Positions 1-14,880 are shown, numbered from the stretch's first letter. The stretch: 64,000 nt of DNA from Sphagnum compactum (GCA_965153455.1 OZ234493.1:35268213-35332212), one strand, 5' to 3'. The notes: generated from the letters alone by a model not told the origin. Translations and numbers: made by a program.

Positions 1-1079
1 TTAAACAAAATATGAACACCTTTAGTTTAAAAAAAACAAGGGTTCAATAAAATAGGACATTCAATTTTGTTTAAACCATATTTATAATTAAATATATGTA
101 TTTATAATTATTTATGGATATTTTGACCAATAAATTTTACTAACAACAATTGATTATTAGTCCAAATTCATATTAGAGTAACTCAATAGGTACATAAAGC
201 TTCTAGGCTAGGTTGCTAGGTAGGTTAGGTAGGTTAGGTAGGTAAAGTAGGCTAATTAACCTATTGTAATTAAACTAGATTTCCTAGGTAGGTTAGAAAA
301 AAATGTTCATAACAATAAAATGACAAAATTTATTGTTTGTTGAGGATATGGTGTAATGGTTGAGGATTGGTCCCTCAACATGGAGGTGAGATATTCGAAT
401 TCTCACACTTACACCTTATTTAGCTAGGCTAGGTGGTTAGGCTAGACTACCTATCCTAGTCAGGTTTTTAGCCTCTAGGTTAGGTAACCTAATTAACTTC
501 CTAGGTTAAGCTTGTTGCTTAAGCTAAGTAGCTTCACTAAGTTTTTAACCTAGGTTAGGGTGTTTAACATAATTTTTAAAGTTTAGGTGTTTAGCTCAAG
601 CTAGGTTTACTTACCTACTTAAACCTTATTTACATATTAAGTCAAATGTTTATTCATTTTGACTACCATTTTGAGTAATAATCAAGATTAAAGTTGGTCA
701 AGTTGACTAATTGATATGAATAATTAAAAAACCAATAATTAAAAAGACCATCAATAAAAAGACAATCAATTGAAAAAAAAAATGTTGATTTGACGAATAG
801 CCAACTTGGACATGTTGGAATCAACTTGTCTAATAGGATCGATTGGATAAGTCAACAAATGTCACAATTTGGTCTTTTTGGACCAATTATGCTAATGACG
901 AAAGCCATGATTTGTAATATTGTATCAAGTTTCCAAACCTACCTTGTTTGTTTTTTTTTACTTCATTTATTTCCCCTTAGGTTGCATGGAGTTTCCAAAT
1001 GAATTGGTTGATATGCAAGTTTCTAATGTGCACGATCTTAGCCCTCATGAGTTCTTGTAAGCTTTGCCATCAACAATAT

Positions 1080-3400
1080 TGAAAATGAAGTTAAAGAGGT
1101 TGAAGAACATGCAATTGTTGAAAAGTGTTGTATTTATGATATGTAGTTGATGAATTTGAAGAAACAAGGTGTTTCATGCAAACATCATAACCATAATTTG
1201 GCCATTTGAGTGTTTTATCAAATGAACAATAACCAACCTATTGATTTTACTCAAAACTAGGTTATGTGTTGTATCATTTGTCATATTCAAATAGCAAGTC
1301 AAAAATCTTGACCTTATGCCCTAGATTATGAAAGGGCTCATTGTTTACCTTAAATCCAATGGCATACCTACCATGAAAAAAACGTAGAAGGGGAGGACAT
1401 TCCCTAAATGAAGAGGTTTGTATAAAAGGTTAGTAGTTGCCTTAGGATTGGACTTAAATGTGAGCTAGCCACCAAGCATCCACATGTTACCCCAAGTGTA
1501 ATCTTTAGGGAATTTTCCTCTATTAACCAATTTAGAAAAAATAATGAAACACAAATTACTTTTTTAGAAGATGTCATGTTGTATGCCATTATAGGATTAA
1601 ACCACATCTTAATTTTTCAAGATTGATGTAGGGCAACCATTTTGCTTATGTTTATATTCATTATTCATGAATAGAAATTTCAAAAATGTTTCATTATCAT
1701 GCCCAAATGAACTTCACAAAATTGGTGCATTTTGGGGTTTTCAATAGTCCATTAACGTACATTACATTTTATGAAATGACATGGAAACTTGCATTTATGG
1801 TTCACCAAGATGTAATTGAAATTTGAATAAAAAAATAAGTGTTGTTCATTGAAGATTTTTTATGTAGTGAGTCCATATGCATAATTTTGAAAGATACTTT
1901 CACTTCTAGTGATTTAAATAAAAAGCTCTGCTATTGGTTATATTTAATCATTTTGAAGTTTTTTTCTCACTTGGTAACTATAGTTAGTCAATGTGTGGAA
2001 ATTGAACCTTTTATAATAGATGTGTGTTTTAATTTATCACCTATGTCTTTGAATTTGGGAGGCCACAAAAAAAATTGCCCATGTACATGATTTTATGGAC
2101 ATTCTAGTCTATAAATGCCCGCTTCCAAAAAACTATTATTTTGTGGAAAAAATCTAACAATGGGGGGCAAGCTTGGGAACAAGCTTGCATAGATTTTGGA
2201 TTGAGGCCTACAAAATTGAACACTAGGTTTGTGATTTATTGTTGCCCATCTTATGTTTTTTCAATTCTAGTGAAGTTTTTGGATTATGTTCATGTTTGGT
2301 TGTTTTTTTTAAAAATGCACATTGGGTTTCTTCTTTTCAAAATTGCAAGTTTGCAAGCCAAGTTTTTGCTATTCCATGATGGATTGACATTCCAAAGCAC
2401 TATTAATCTATGTTATAATTGACAAAATGTCACATTTCAAAGTCGCATATTGTCTCCAAAGACATGGGCAATTGTGAAGAGATAGTCAAAGTTTTGTCCC
2501 CCATTGTCACCAATTATGTTTTGAACCAAAATCAAAGGCATCGGTTCCTTGGAGATGCCTTGTATTTCATCATCTTTACATACCATGACTTTCACCAAGA
2601 CCTTGCATTAATGGTTTTTCTTAATAGCTTGGTGGACCTAGAAGCTTCTATTTTTTTTTATCAAAAGTTGGAAAAAAAAGTGTTGGATGTCTTAAACTCT
2701 TTCCTTTCATTTTTACATTGTGTTGAAAAAAAGAACGGTCACAATATGTTGGTGCTAACGTTGAATCCCATATTTAAATCCATGCATCTATTCAACATTT
2801 ATGCAAGTTGTGATAATGTAATAGTCCTAATTGTTGCATATGATGAGGAGTTATTGCCTTTTTTAATGGAGGTGTATGTTTTCTATTGTTGAAGAACCTC
2901 AAGACTTGGCTTAAATGCTACAAGTGAATTTTTTTCTTACACCATGGACATAACAACAAACACATGGAAGACTGTGTTGTGAAAGAATTGTATGGCTACT
3001 GTTGATATCTAGTTGATGTAAACATTTACAAATGTGCCTTAATTTGGTGGTGCACATAAGAACATAACTTTCTAACAATTGTTGTGTTGGCAAGATAAAT
3101 CCTAGACATCCTAGCTAGCTAAGTTGAAACATAACAAATTTTTTCAATTGTTAGAATTCTCACAACATGTCACAAACATCATTTTAAAACCAAAACAATT
3201 CGACAAGTTGATTTTCAATAGCGAGAATTGACCATTTGACCAATAAGTTAAGTGCACCAAGTTTTGCAATTTTGCATCTACACGTGAGGCAAAGTCAAAT
3301 TTGGTGGAAGAATTAGATACTAAATTTGAACATGAGGTGGAACATGAGGAATTTCCATATGCTTTTAATGTTTATCTATCATTTGTGTGATGCATTTAAT
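1080..3400 (+). mobile_element. Degenerate hAT transposase remnant (BED finger + C-terminal dimerisation domain)
   Basis: MCCIICH...SNGIPTMKK (BED-like, ~1260-1385). WWCT*EHNFLTIVVLAR*ILDILAS*VET*QIFS (~3045-3150) matches the hAT dimerisation consensus WW..FP.L..LAR.IL.IPAS....ER.FS. Many stops. Confidence 0.7.
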
Positions 3401-3559
3401 AATTATGTTGATGACTTTAATAAAACATCGTCATACACATATGTGTCTTGTTGAATATGACACATGTTTTAGGGTAAAATAAACTAGAAACTCAAAAATC
3501 ATGAAATGAATTTTCTGTTAAATTTTAGCACAAAAAACTCTTCCATGCATATGATTCCA

Positions 3560-4030
3560 AGTTGGCATGCAGTTTTCTATTGGTCTTCATGTTTATGGTG
3601 GGGTTATTGTGTTTTCTATGTCATATGCAAGTTTTTTGTTTTTTTTCTTTGTACCTTTTATGTCATATATGGGTTTTTCACCTTTTTTCTTTCCCTTTCG
3701 TGTCATATGTGTGTCTTTTACACCAATATTTTTCTGGTCTTCTAGTTTTTTTTGTGTCTTATGTGTCACTATGTCATTATAAACAATTTTTTTTTGGTAT
3801 TCTAATTCAATTTCTTCAAGTGTCTTCTCTGTCATTGTGTCATTGCAAACAATTTTTTTATTAGTCTTATAGTTTTTCTTTGTCTTCTTGTCACTACGTC
3901 ATTATAGGAATTTATTTGTTTTTGGGTCTTATGTTTTGCTTTCTTTGTGTTTATGTGTCATTGCAAGCATTTTTTTGTTGGTCCTTTTTTTGTGTCTTCT
4001 ATGTCACTACATGCATTTGTTTTTTATTAG
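3560..4030. repeat. Degenerate T-rich ~40-bp repeat
   Basis: Recurring TTTTTTGGTCTT..TGTGTC..TATGTCA(T/C)T. It accounts for the overlapping Phe-rich spurious ORFs here. Confidence 0.6.
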
Positions 4031-4470
4031 TCAAGTTGTCAAGTCTTGGTGTAAGCACTCAATCATGAGCCACACTCACCCCTTCAGGTCATTAACTTTT
4101 TAAAGAATATTTTTGGAATTGCTTTTTAAATTCTTTTTAAAAATCATTAAAATATTTAAGATCTATTATTTTATATTATATGTTAAATTTTACATTAATT
4201 ATTTATGAAAAAAGCTATGAATCCTTTTACACTGCAAAAGCAATGGTTACAATTACTTTTAAACCATTTTTAGGTTTTTTTCATTCATTAATTTGATTTC
4301 AATTTTTTAAGATATGTATATCAATGTTTGAGAAAAACTCCATTTGTAGTGCTTTTTCCCCTAAAATGTTACATACAAAGAGGATGTGAAATATTGGTCC
4401 ATATTATTAATTTATTTTCCCTTAATTTATTTTCTATGTTGGTTGTTAGAACACAATAGTCGACACCTTG

Positions 4471-5220
4471 TGTCACAACCTTAGGCATACAACTAAGGTT
4501 GAGGCAATATGAAAGATGGGTCTAAGAGCAAAGCTAGGACACAACATAAATAAATGAAACATACTCCCACATGAAGTGGGTTGGAGCTCTTGGGAATCAA
4601 GGGAAGCATCCCTCTCATTCCCGAAATGAATTCCCATTTTGGGAGTTGGGACTCCAAAAGAGTCCATGGTGTTTAAAAGGCATTTGAAGGATCAAATGAC
4701 CTCTAGAATTTAAATCAAATGAACTTTTGCTTGATGTTACAAATATCAAGTAATGAAGCCTATAAAAAGATTGGTTTGCATGCTAAAAGAGACATGCTTT
4801 GAGGGAATTATGAGGTTCCAAAGATTCAAAACACTATATGTCCCCATTCTGAGAGTTCATTTTGAGGCTCCCTTGAAAATGATCATTTCAATGCAACCCC
4901 CACACATATTACAAAGTAATATTACATGGAGGAGGGTGGTGCCTTTTCCCAAATTTGGGCCTTAATTGTGAATCCATTATGAATCTAAGGCATAAATTGT
5001 GACCTTGTATTGGGTCCATTTCCATTAACCACGTGCATTGTTTAGATTGTGCAAATGAATTCACTGAAAGGTGCCTATGAAATAATGAACATGTCTCTTC
5101 ATTTTAGCCTCATCCTAAAGCTTTCATGACACACCCTTAAATTGTCAAATGGTTTGAGGGTAGAAAACCTTATTGATTCCAAGTTTTGCAATGGAATGGT
5201 GCAAACCCATGGTGTGTTCC
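4471..5220 (+). mobile_element. Old degenerate LTR, same family as 36954-38044
   Basis: Starts TGTCACAACCTTAGGC and contains TTTTGGGAGTTGGGACTCCAAA and GGAGGGTGGTGCCTTTTCCCAA, which correspond to blocks in the young LTR. Heavily decayed towards AT. Confidence 0.6.
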
Positions 5221-5224
5221 CTAG

Positions 5225-5988
5225 TTCCCTCAAATAAAGAAGGTGTGGGAGCTTTAGAAGGAGACTAAAAAAAACTCAATAAAATGAACTCAAGGTGAAA
5301 TCAATTTTCACAAAACAAGAATAAAAATGATTAGTGCAAATTGAAGCCAAAATGGTGCATGGATGAACCACAAGTAATTCACACTCATAGAATTCAAATT
5401 GACTATAAATGGTGGTATGGGGATTACACCGAAGTGGTGCAAATTTTCCAAATTATGAATCATGTTATTTTGCAGGTTCATAATTCTTTCATATGGACTT
5501 TGATTCAAGAGCTTTCAATGGAAAGTTTGTAGCCCTTGAAAAAATATTTTCAACATTGTATCACTTTATTGAATCAAAGGTAATTTGACCCATTTTCATA
5601 TCTTTAATGGTTAAAAGGTGAATTACTAATTTGACTTTGATCATTCAATTAGCCATAACTTGTGTTTCATATTTTCAATTTGGAAATGCAAACCCACTTT
5701 AAATATTTATTTTTCAAAACTTTTTCAATGGTCAAAAAAGTGCTCAAATTGGACAAGGCATGTTCTCCCAAACCTTGTTTCAAAGTTACAAGACACCCCA
5801 AGATTTTAACTTCACACAAATGGGAAATTTGCAATTGAAAATCTTGAGGATTTTTTTCTTCACTCCCACACATTTCCTTTTCACAAGGGGAATGTGTTTA
5901 TGCCTCTCTTGCTTTAAACTATTCCCAACTTGTTGTCCCTTTGTTTTTTTTTTAGCTTGGTCACAAACCCAAGGCTAAGGTTGGGACA
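5225..5988 (-). mobile_element. Old degenerate LTR of the same family, opposite orientation
   Basis: The reverse complement begins TGTCCCAACCTTAGCCTTGGGTTTGTGACCAAG and ends with TTTTAGTCTCCTTCTAAAGCTCCCACACC, homologous to CCTAGTCCCATCCCGGAGCTCCAACACACC of the young LTR. Confidence 0.6.
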
Positions 5989-8900
5989 TTTCACATGTCC
6001 TTCTGTCTTAATGTGAGGAACTAAAGGGAAAATGCCATAGGTTCTTCTTTTTATCATTGTCTTCATGGAATTATTAACCATAATTTGGGATAAACTTAAG
6101 GGTGTGTCATCTAGACTAGACCAATGTTATGTATCCACATTCATACACAATTTGACAAGTACATTTTATTTTATCATGCCCATTACTTAGTCCAAAACAA
6201 GTATTGGTTGTTGTTTTGTTGGGCTTGATAAAAGGTGGCAATCAGGCTTTGAAAGATGTTCATTAAACATGTTAAAAAAGTTCCCTAACTATAATGTGTT
6301 GGCTCATGATGAAATTATTTTGAAAGAATGCAATTTAGAATTGTGAAAGTTAGGATGTGCAATATAATAATGAACCAAATGGGTTTGAAATGCAACTATT
6401 GTTTAAAACCCACATATGATAATTGATTTAAAGTTTAACTACTATGCAAAGCCTAAAAACATGACATGGAAAGACTATCCATCACAAATTGCAAGGAACA
6501 TAAAAATAATGAACACCAATCATAAATTAGATGAAACATAAAAATTGCCTCCATAAGGATTGTGAACACCATCCATATTGGACTTAATGATAGATGTGCA
6601 CACTTTGCCCACATGTATGCCTTGTTGGTTACTATTTAGATGTGAAATAAGAAACAATTAGATTTGTAGCCCTTTATAATCATGTTCCATAATCATGCAA
6701 GATAAAAAGTTTAGAAATTGAAACAAAATGAAACCAAGGATCACCACTTGCAAATTGGTCATAAAAACTTCAAATTATTTTTAGCTACAAGATTATTGTT
6801 TGATAGATTTTACAACTAGTTGTTAATGGGTAGAAATTTCTAAACTAGTTAGTACCATAGGCCTTCTAGTAACTAATAATTACTAGTGGTAAATTTACTC
6901 TCCTTTATTTAAGGGAAAAGCTAGTGGGATTAAGAAGTTCATGTTAGTGAATGATTGGGGGTAACCTATCCAATCATCTAGGAGATTTCTAAGAAGAGAT
7001 TAGAATAAGGGCCCTATTTTCTTGGGGTCAATGTGGGCCTTGTGTGGTTTGTGGAGAAGGAGGATTAGAGGAGGTGTTGGGGACCTTTAATTCATTTGAT
7101 ACTTTAGTGGTTGGGGGTTGGAATGAAGGACTCTCTTGGAGGAGTGGGTGTTATACTACTAGGGAGGAGAATGTAGTGAAGAAATGTGCTTGTATTTGTG
7201 TGTAATTTTAATGGAAAATTGTTGAGGAATTCGATGTGTTTTGGTGTGTATCTATGTTATTAGGAGGTGTGGAAGGTAAAATAACTTTATACTATACAAA
7301 GTAGGTCGCTCCTTGACATGGTATTTCTACATTTTAAAAAAAAGAAAGTAAATAGGCATACCATTTGGTAGCCTCTGGAGTAATAAGTTACTAGCTGCTA
7401 TAGGAAGGTAGCAACTAATATTTGGTGGTAGAAAGAAAGGGGAGAACACCAATAGGCTTGCAAACTAAAACATATAGATGCACGTGGTAAGCAATGGCTA
7501 TGAGTGGATGTAGTGTGCTACAAACAGTAGAAGGTAGGGGGGAGGCGTTATGGGGTGCTACAAGTGGTAGGCAGAGTCATTAAAGGGATTGCAAGCATGG
7601 TTGAAGTGGGACAATAGATGTAAGAGGTCTATAGACACCACTAAGGCAATAATCGAGGGCTGTTGAAGGTATTGCATAACCGTAGAGAATAACTACTTTT
7701 GGGTTATGATCAATTCCCATGTTGCCTTTCTTTAATTTCTTCCCTTGCCCCCTTGGATTAACCTACAAATAGGATGGTAGAAGTTTGTTATGAGGTAATA
7801 AACCTTACCTTTTTCCTTTACTCTTTGTATGACTGGTTGTAATAAAGTAAGTTAGTGAGGGTAGTTTCTTTATGTTGAGTAATAAGGTGTTGACCTTATT
7901 CTCTTGGTCCTACCTCCTGAAGGACGATGATGATTGAAGGTCGCAATTTCATCCCTTAACACTAGTATTTTAAAGTTGCATTTCAGATCAAAAATTAATC
8001 TCACTTGACTCCAAAATTGCATTGTAGATTATAAATGTTTCAAATTTCATGTAAAAACCTTGAAATCATTGGGTCTAGTTGGTCCATAAGAAAATTCTAA
8101 GATTGGACTTCATAAAATTGAAGTTAGAAATGTTCTCTTGTCCTCAACATCTCCAAAAACTATTGTAACAACCAACTTTATAAGTTTCATAACTTTGATA
8201 TCTAGTGATTAATAATTTGGTTAAATGCCAACCTAACCCCCAATCTAAAGGTAGGATTACAAACAAAAGGAGGTTTCAATGCTACACTAAGTTATGGCAT
8301 TTTATGGTCATAAAAAATAAGAAACTTGTTGATGAAGAATTGATTTATCAACACCATTGGGCATTACAAACTTATGTGACAAAAATGAACTTTAAGGATG
8401 GCCAAATGACTAAAGAAAGTCAATTCAACATTTGGTTGCAATTAGTAGTGTAGATAGATTACCTTTGTCATATTCGTTTGTTTTTGAGAAGAGGATCACT
8501 TATCCAATTCAATAATTGATGTGTATGTTGGGTCGATTCATGGTTAGGGCATCCAAAAAAAGAAAAAAAATTCCACGACTTTCTTAAAGTTATTTTTAAA
8601 TTACAAAATTAAAAATTTATATGAAACAAATTTAAGGTAAAATTTTTAAATAATCCAAGATAAGATAATTCCTGCAGTGGTGGTGATTTTTCACATGTGC
8701 ACATAATTGTGCATGAATATTTTGGTTTAAAAATAAAAACACCAATTGTCAAACTGGGCTTTAAAAATCAATTAAACATGTTTTTTGCATGATTATTTCC
8801 TACACATTTGACCTACATCTAAAGTTAAATTTTTTGAACCTAATGAATACAAAAAAATTAACCAAATGATTTAATAAAAGAATCGTTTCCCTTGTAGCCC

Positions 8901-9879
8901 TTTGTTTCAATATTTCAAAAATTTGAAATTTTCATATGATATTTTTTTTCTTCAAATTGACCTAATAAACATGTAGTTGCATAAAGGAAAACATGGTTTT
9001 TTTGTACAAAAAAATTGAAATCAATTGCATCATTTTATGGATTCCTCTAAAACAATTATAATATGAACACATGATCATAAATCAGGGAAGGACTCAAAGG
9101 GTGAAAACATGGTAAAGTTTGCCAATGAAGGATATTTTTTTTTTGGTGGAAAATATCCATAAATTAAGCCTTAATACATTGAATTCATGATTTTTCATTT
9201 TAATGATCAATAAGAGGAGGATCTTTGACTTCATTGCATAATATTGAAAAATTGCATGTTTTAGTATGCATTTAAGTACATTTAAAAAAATAAAAGTACA
9301 TGAAAAGTAGGTGTCCTGTTCTTGCTTGAAGTATGTGAAAACATGATGATTTAATACAATTATAATTGGATTTTTTATAATTCAAATGGATAAAACACTA
9401 ATATGTATCAATGTGTTTTTTTAAAAATCATGTTATAGTCATAATCTATCAAAGTTTTCATATAAAAATATCTTGGAAATTTTGAAAACCCAACTATTTT
9501 AAAACAATTTTTCATTCACTTTTCTTATATTAAAATTCTTGACACTTTATGTGTGTCTTCCCATAAATTCAATGGAGTGCACCATTGTTTCATGATGAAA
9601 GTTAAAGAAGTTTTGAATAAATTTTTTCATGTTTATGCCATAAATGTGATTATGAATACATGTGGGACTCCTTTTTTGGCATATTTTACCATGCTTTCAC
9701 CCTAAAAAGATTTTTATACAACATCCAATCATTATTGGATTTTCTCAATACTTTAATAGTAGGAACACAATAATACACCATAATTATAATATACTAAACA
9801 CTATGAAAATCTAAAATTGTCCTTTACAATCTTGTTTCAATTAGACATTCCTTTTTAAACCCCAATTGTGAATGAGCCA

Positions 9880-10720
9880 TGTTGTTAATGTGCATTGATT
9901 GTTAATAGATTGCATTGCCACAAATTATTCGTCCTTTTAAACCATGCTCACAATGCCAATGTTAGGGCCAATCTTATGGAACATGTATAAGTTGAACTTG
10001 AAAGCAACATACTCAATGTTTGCTTGTGGTTTTATCCACCAAGCAATGAATAAAATATCATTACGACATTCCATTATATATTTGAAGGTTTGAAAGAAGT
10101 CACCACAATACAGCTTTAGGGGGTCAACATACACCATGTTTAAGTAAGATCGAAACACTTCACCACTCACACAAAATCACAAATGAAGTCTCTTTCCTTT
10201 GAAAAAAATAAATTGTTGATGAATTCAAGCATTGGCATCTGGCATGTCAGACCAATTATTGTCTCAACATCAATATCTATGAGCTATGTAAGTTTAGTAG
10301 GCTCTAGGTGCCTCTTGAGTGAAGTTGGAAAAATATACACATTGATTACCACTAGCTTCAATTTTTTGTTCACAAGAGATAATGTAAAAGATTTGGACAA
10401 CAAGGTTGGTGTGATGTGCCACACAATGCATGCCAATGATGTAAGGAACACGCTATTCCTTTCAATGCATAGTCTAGGTTGTTTTAATGTGCTTGAATAC
10501 AATGACACCTTTTGCGTTGAAACACACAAGCTTGTAGAAGCTATGTCATGCACAAAGAGGCCCTTGTACACCACAAGAGACTACACTAGCATGTTAGTTA
10601 GATTGTTTAGTTAAGATCCCTCTATTACCCTTTCCAAGATGTTCAACAAGATGATTTTTGCCTCCAATTGTCCACCACACATGCATTCACATTATCTTCG
10701 TGGGGGTCTACAAATGAAAT
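9880..10720 (-). mobile_element. Degenerate hAT-family (ZNF862-like) transposase fragment
   Basis: The minus strand reads PYIIGMHCVAHHTNL at ~10445-10403, the CxxH motif of hAT transposases (HCxAHRLNL), within a multiply disrupted frame. Confidence 0.55.
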
Positions 10721-13700
10721 TATGTAAGAATATTATAACCTACAAAGGTTTGGTCCTTGTTGTAACCATGGGCAATGGGCAAGATATATAGCTATTGGAT
10801 GGGGTTAACAATTTTAACTTCACAAAATGTAATCCAACCAAGGAAAAATGCAATGTTGATTTAGTTGAGGTTCATTCGCTATGTGATTTGTGCAAGTTGC
10901 AATGCATTGGTGTGCTAGTTTAGTCAAACACAAATCATTTCATTTATGTGACCCAAACCCACAATACTACACCATCCATTGGGAACACATTATGATTTAG
11001 TTCTAGATGACACAATGGAGTTACCAAGGTTCCACCATATCCTATTGTGAAACCTTACTACTTTCACCTCACACTACTTAGGTAAGTACCTATGTAAATG
11101 AGTAAGTATCATAGGTAAATTGGTAGGGAATGTGATAAGGCAATTGGTGCTTTACTACCTATAGGTAGAAACATGTGGATGGTTAAAAGGATGTACATAG
11201 TTAACCTCTAAGTAGTTAGATATGTCATTAAAAGTTCATAACGAATAAAAAAAATTTCTCTTTCAAATAATGAGTTGAGAAAATGCAATTTTTAGAGGTA
11301 TCATGTTAGAAGCCCTTGTCATCCACATTTAAGAAATATTAAAGCACCTACTTATGTACAAAATCATACTTTGCTTCACATGGAAAACAATTTTTAATTT
11401 GTTGTATATTTCATCATATTTGAATTTGAATATAGGGCCTTTTCTATACTTGCCAAAGTTCATTTCATCTAGGTACTTCTTTGTAAGAACTTCTATGTTG
11501 GCTCTTTTTAACTAATGGATATCTTTTGCAATCACTTTGGTGAATACTTGGGAAAAAGCCACCCAAATATCCAAGGGGGGTCTAATGAAAAAAACGTGAT
11601 ATAAGCTCAACACTAGTTTTTAATTTTTACCTTCGCAAATGGGCTAGGGTTAACCAACAGCTACATTGTTACATGTTCAAATTTTGAAAGGTACCAATGA
11701 GGGGCCAAATTGAACCAACACCCACTAGTACACCATGGTGGATGGATGGCATGTGGATAGGAAATAATATTCATTTTGTTCTTGTCCCATATCCAATCAC
11801 AATGGTTGGAAATGTATTAAAAAATCCCCTATGGCAATTGTGAAATGCCTTAAATTAGAATGTCTCGATGAAGTATAGTAATCAAATTTAGTGGATACAT
11901 TAGAAAATTCTTTCAAGGGATTGAAAAAATGCACATATTTCAAGGCCCTAGAGTGCAATAAATAAGAAAAAAAATTGTCCATTTTTTTTTGTTGGTCGAG
12001 CATAATGATTGGTCCAAGTGGTGAAATTTAAATTGTCTTTCACTTTATAATGTTTTGTTTTTCATGTTTACATGAGTGGGGAGGGGGATGACATTTGATT
12101 TATATTTTGGATGTGACAAATTTTGCTAGAAGCCCAAATTGATGGTTTGGGTTGAAATGTTCTAATTATATACATGTATTTAGTTATGGAATAGCATAAG
12201 TGCTTTATCTACTTACCTACCTCCACAATAATCACTTATATTCCCTTTCTACTTAAATATGATACGTTCGAACAATTCTACCCATACAAGATATTTGGGT
12301 CTCTAATAATAGATTTCACATCCAAGATGGCTAGTTTAGTATTTCCCATACCCCACCGATAAACATGAAATTGGGGCTACAAAAGCTGGGAAACCATTAA
12401 CATAATATTGCCCCAACCCAAATTAACATTTACTATTCTTCATCCAAAACTTGTTGTGTACATGTGTTGGGGGGATGTTCTTATCAACTTACATAGATCT
12501 AGTCACTTGATGGTGTGAATTGGAAGTAAGAGGGTTTATAAAATAGGTAAGCAAAATAGAACATTTGGTAATTCCATTGGGGTTCATCCACATCTAAATC
12601 ATGATAGGTTTCCAATGGATGGTGCATTGGTGGGTGTCTGGTGATAAGCCCTAAGGGTGACCTTTATTGAAGTGGCGATATTTGGGTGAAAGCATATTTG
12701 GGTTTCATATTTATGACTTTCATAAAGCTAAAGTTATTTAATATTATTTGAGATTTTTTAGACATTTAAACTCAAGGACTCATGCATATATTTATAATAT
12801 ACACAAGTACAATAGAAATTTGTCTTTCATTTCATATTACATCAATATTTGATTTTTTAAAATTATTCAAATAAAATTTTGAAATGGATTTTATATATTG
12901 GCCCAACTCACGATGGATTTCAAAATCATTTTTTTTCAAAATTTCAAAATCACATACTTCTGGTCAACACCATGAAAAATTTCTTTGTTAGAAGAAAAAT
13001 ATTAAACTTTTCACATGGTTCATAAACATGGTTCAAATTATGTGAAATCATCGCATGTGAAATCTAATTACAAATTTCAAAAAATCATGTCAATCATTTT
13101 TTCAATGCATAGTTACTAATTTTTTTCATTAAATATACTTTAACCCACCATAATATAAATAATAAATAAATATTTTTCTTCCTGTTCTCTTGCCTAGATT
13201 ATCCTCTATTATAATATGCAAAAACATTATGAAATTCTTTTATAATTTTTACATGATTTAGACTCAAAAATGCACCACCTAGAAAAAAAACAACACAATG
13301 TGAGTCCAAAAATGGGATCATCTACGGCATGCTTCACCCATTTAAGGTGAGGAATGTAAAATCTGGACGGGAGACCCCAACCCCCGATTTAGTCTTAGGG
13401 TTTATACGATTTAAAATCAACCCAAACAATAGTTTTTTTCATATGAGGTTTTTTTCATCTTTCTTATGGTTAAAAAATTCCAAATTTTTAATTTTTGTTT
13501 TTTTTTGGAGAAAGAGAAGGGTGGGATCTTTCTTATGGTTAAATTCCCCAAAAATTTAATGCAATTTTTTTTTGTTTGGAGAAAGAAAGGGGTTGGATAA
13601 AGAGAAGGGATCCACCAAACTTTATAATATGATGATTGACCATCCTTAGAAAAAATCCAACTTAAAAGTAGTATATTGTGTCCATGTGTTGTACTAGCAA

Positions 13701-14312
13701 AGAAGATTGAAGTCAAAACTTGCATGTCTATTAGTACTAGTGACATCCCCCATTCCCAACCCCACTATCTAGGTTTTTTTTTAATAAATAAATTAGGATA
13801 TTAAAAAAATTGGTGAGAATTTCCAAAATTAGAAAATTTTAATTTACACTAGAAAACCAAGAAGTTGTCAGTTTTTTGGGTCAAAAAAGGTCAGAAAATT
13901 TGTCCCTAAAATTCATCCATTCATTTGGTCCCCACTTTGTTGTATTCAATGGGTCTTTATATTAACATCAAAAATCATCTTGCATTCGAATGACTTAACC
14001 ATTTACCCATTATGTTACCATAGTATTTTGGAGCTTTTTGTGACACTAATTTCATTATTTGTAGAAATGTCGAAATTTTCATAAGTTCTTTCTTCAAAGA
14101 CCAACATTGAATTTTGAAGGAAAATAAAGATTTGTTTTGGGGAATATTCAAAATTAATTTAGTATTTGAAATGGAAATTTCAAAATTAATTAATTAATTG
14201 ATTAATTATTCAACAGACACATGTTGAAACTGCCCTTGTTGCACTATGGTATGAACCTCTCTTCTTTCTGTACCTCTAATACTTTGACATGACATGCTCT
14301 TGGAATGGGGTA

Positions 14313-14339
14313 TTTGGGTTTAGGGTTTAGGGTTTAGAG
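14313..14339 (+). repeat. Short interstitial telomeric repeat
   Basis: TTTGGG TTTAGGG TTTAGGG TTTAGAG, the plant telomere heptamer. Confidence 0.7.
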
Positions 14340-14880
14340 TTGGGTCAGAGGGTTCACAGGTTTGGCAGGCTGCTTGCTCATTCAATGTGAAGAAGAAGAG
14401 TGGTCAAGTCTGCAAAAAAGTATGGGCAATGCCCAACACACCAGAGGATCTCTCTTTTGGTCATGCAGGTGGTCCCATACAACAACAAAAAAAATCAGAA
14501 GCTCTGGCTGTCAGGTTTTCTGTCGCCTGGAACTTTGAAAAAACCCTAAAATTTGGTTTAAAAAAATAATATTGCATGCACAAAGAGTTCAATGTAAAGA
14601 TCTTTGTTCAATGCCATTTATTTGAAGAGACCCCCAACTAGAGCACCATATGATTGTGCCTATCCTCCTCATCCCACCCAAGTCTTCCATACCAAAAGTA
14701 GTACCCTTAACCCATGAATCAATAGGCCTCTAGAAAACCCAAGATTTAATTTTACATCTATAGATACTAGAATGTTTTTATATTTGTCATCTTCAAGTAA
14801 TTGATATTTATTTGACCTAAATCTTTCCTATGAGTGGGTTCATTGAGGGAACAAGTCAAACCCGAAGATGTTAAGTATAA

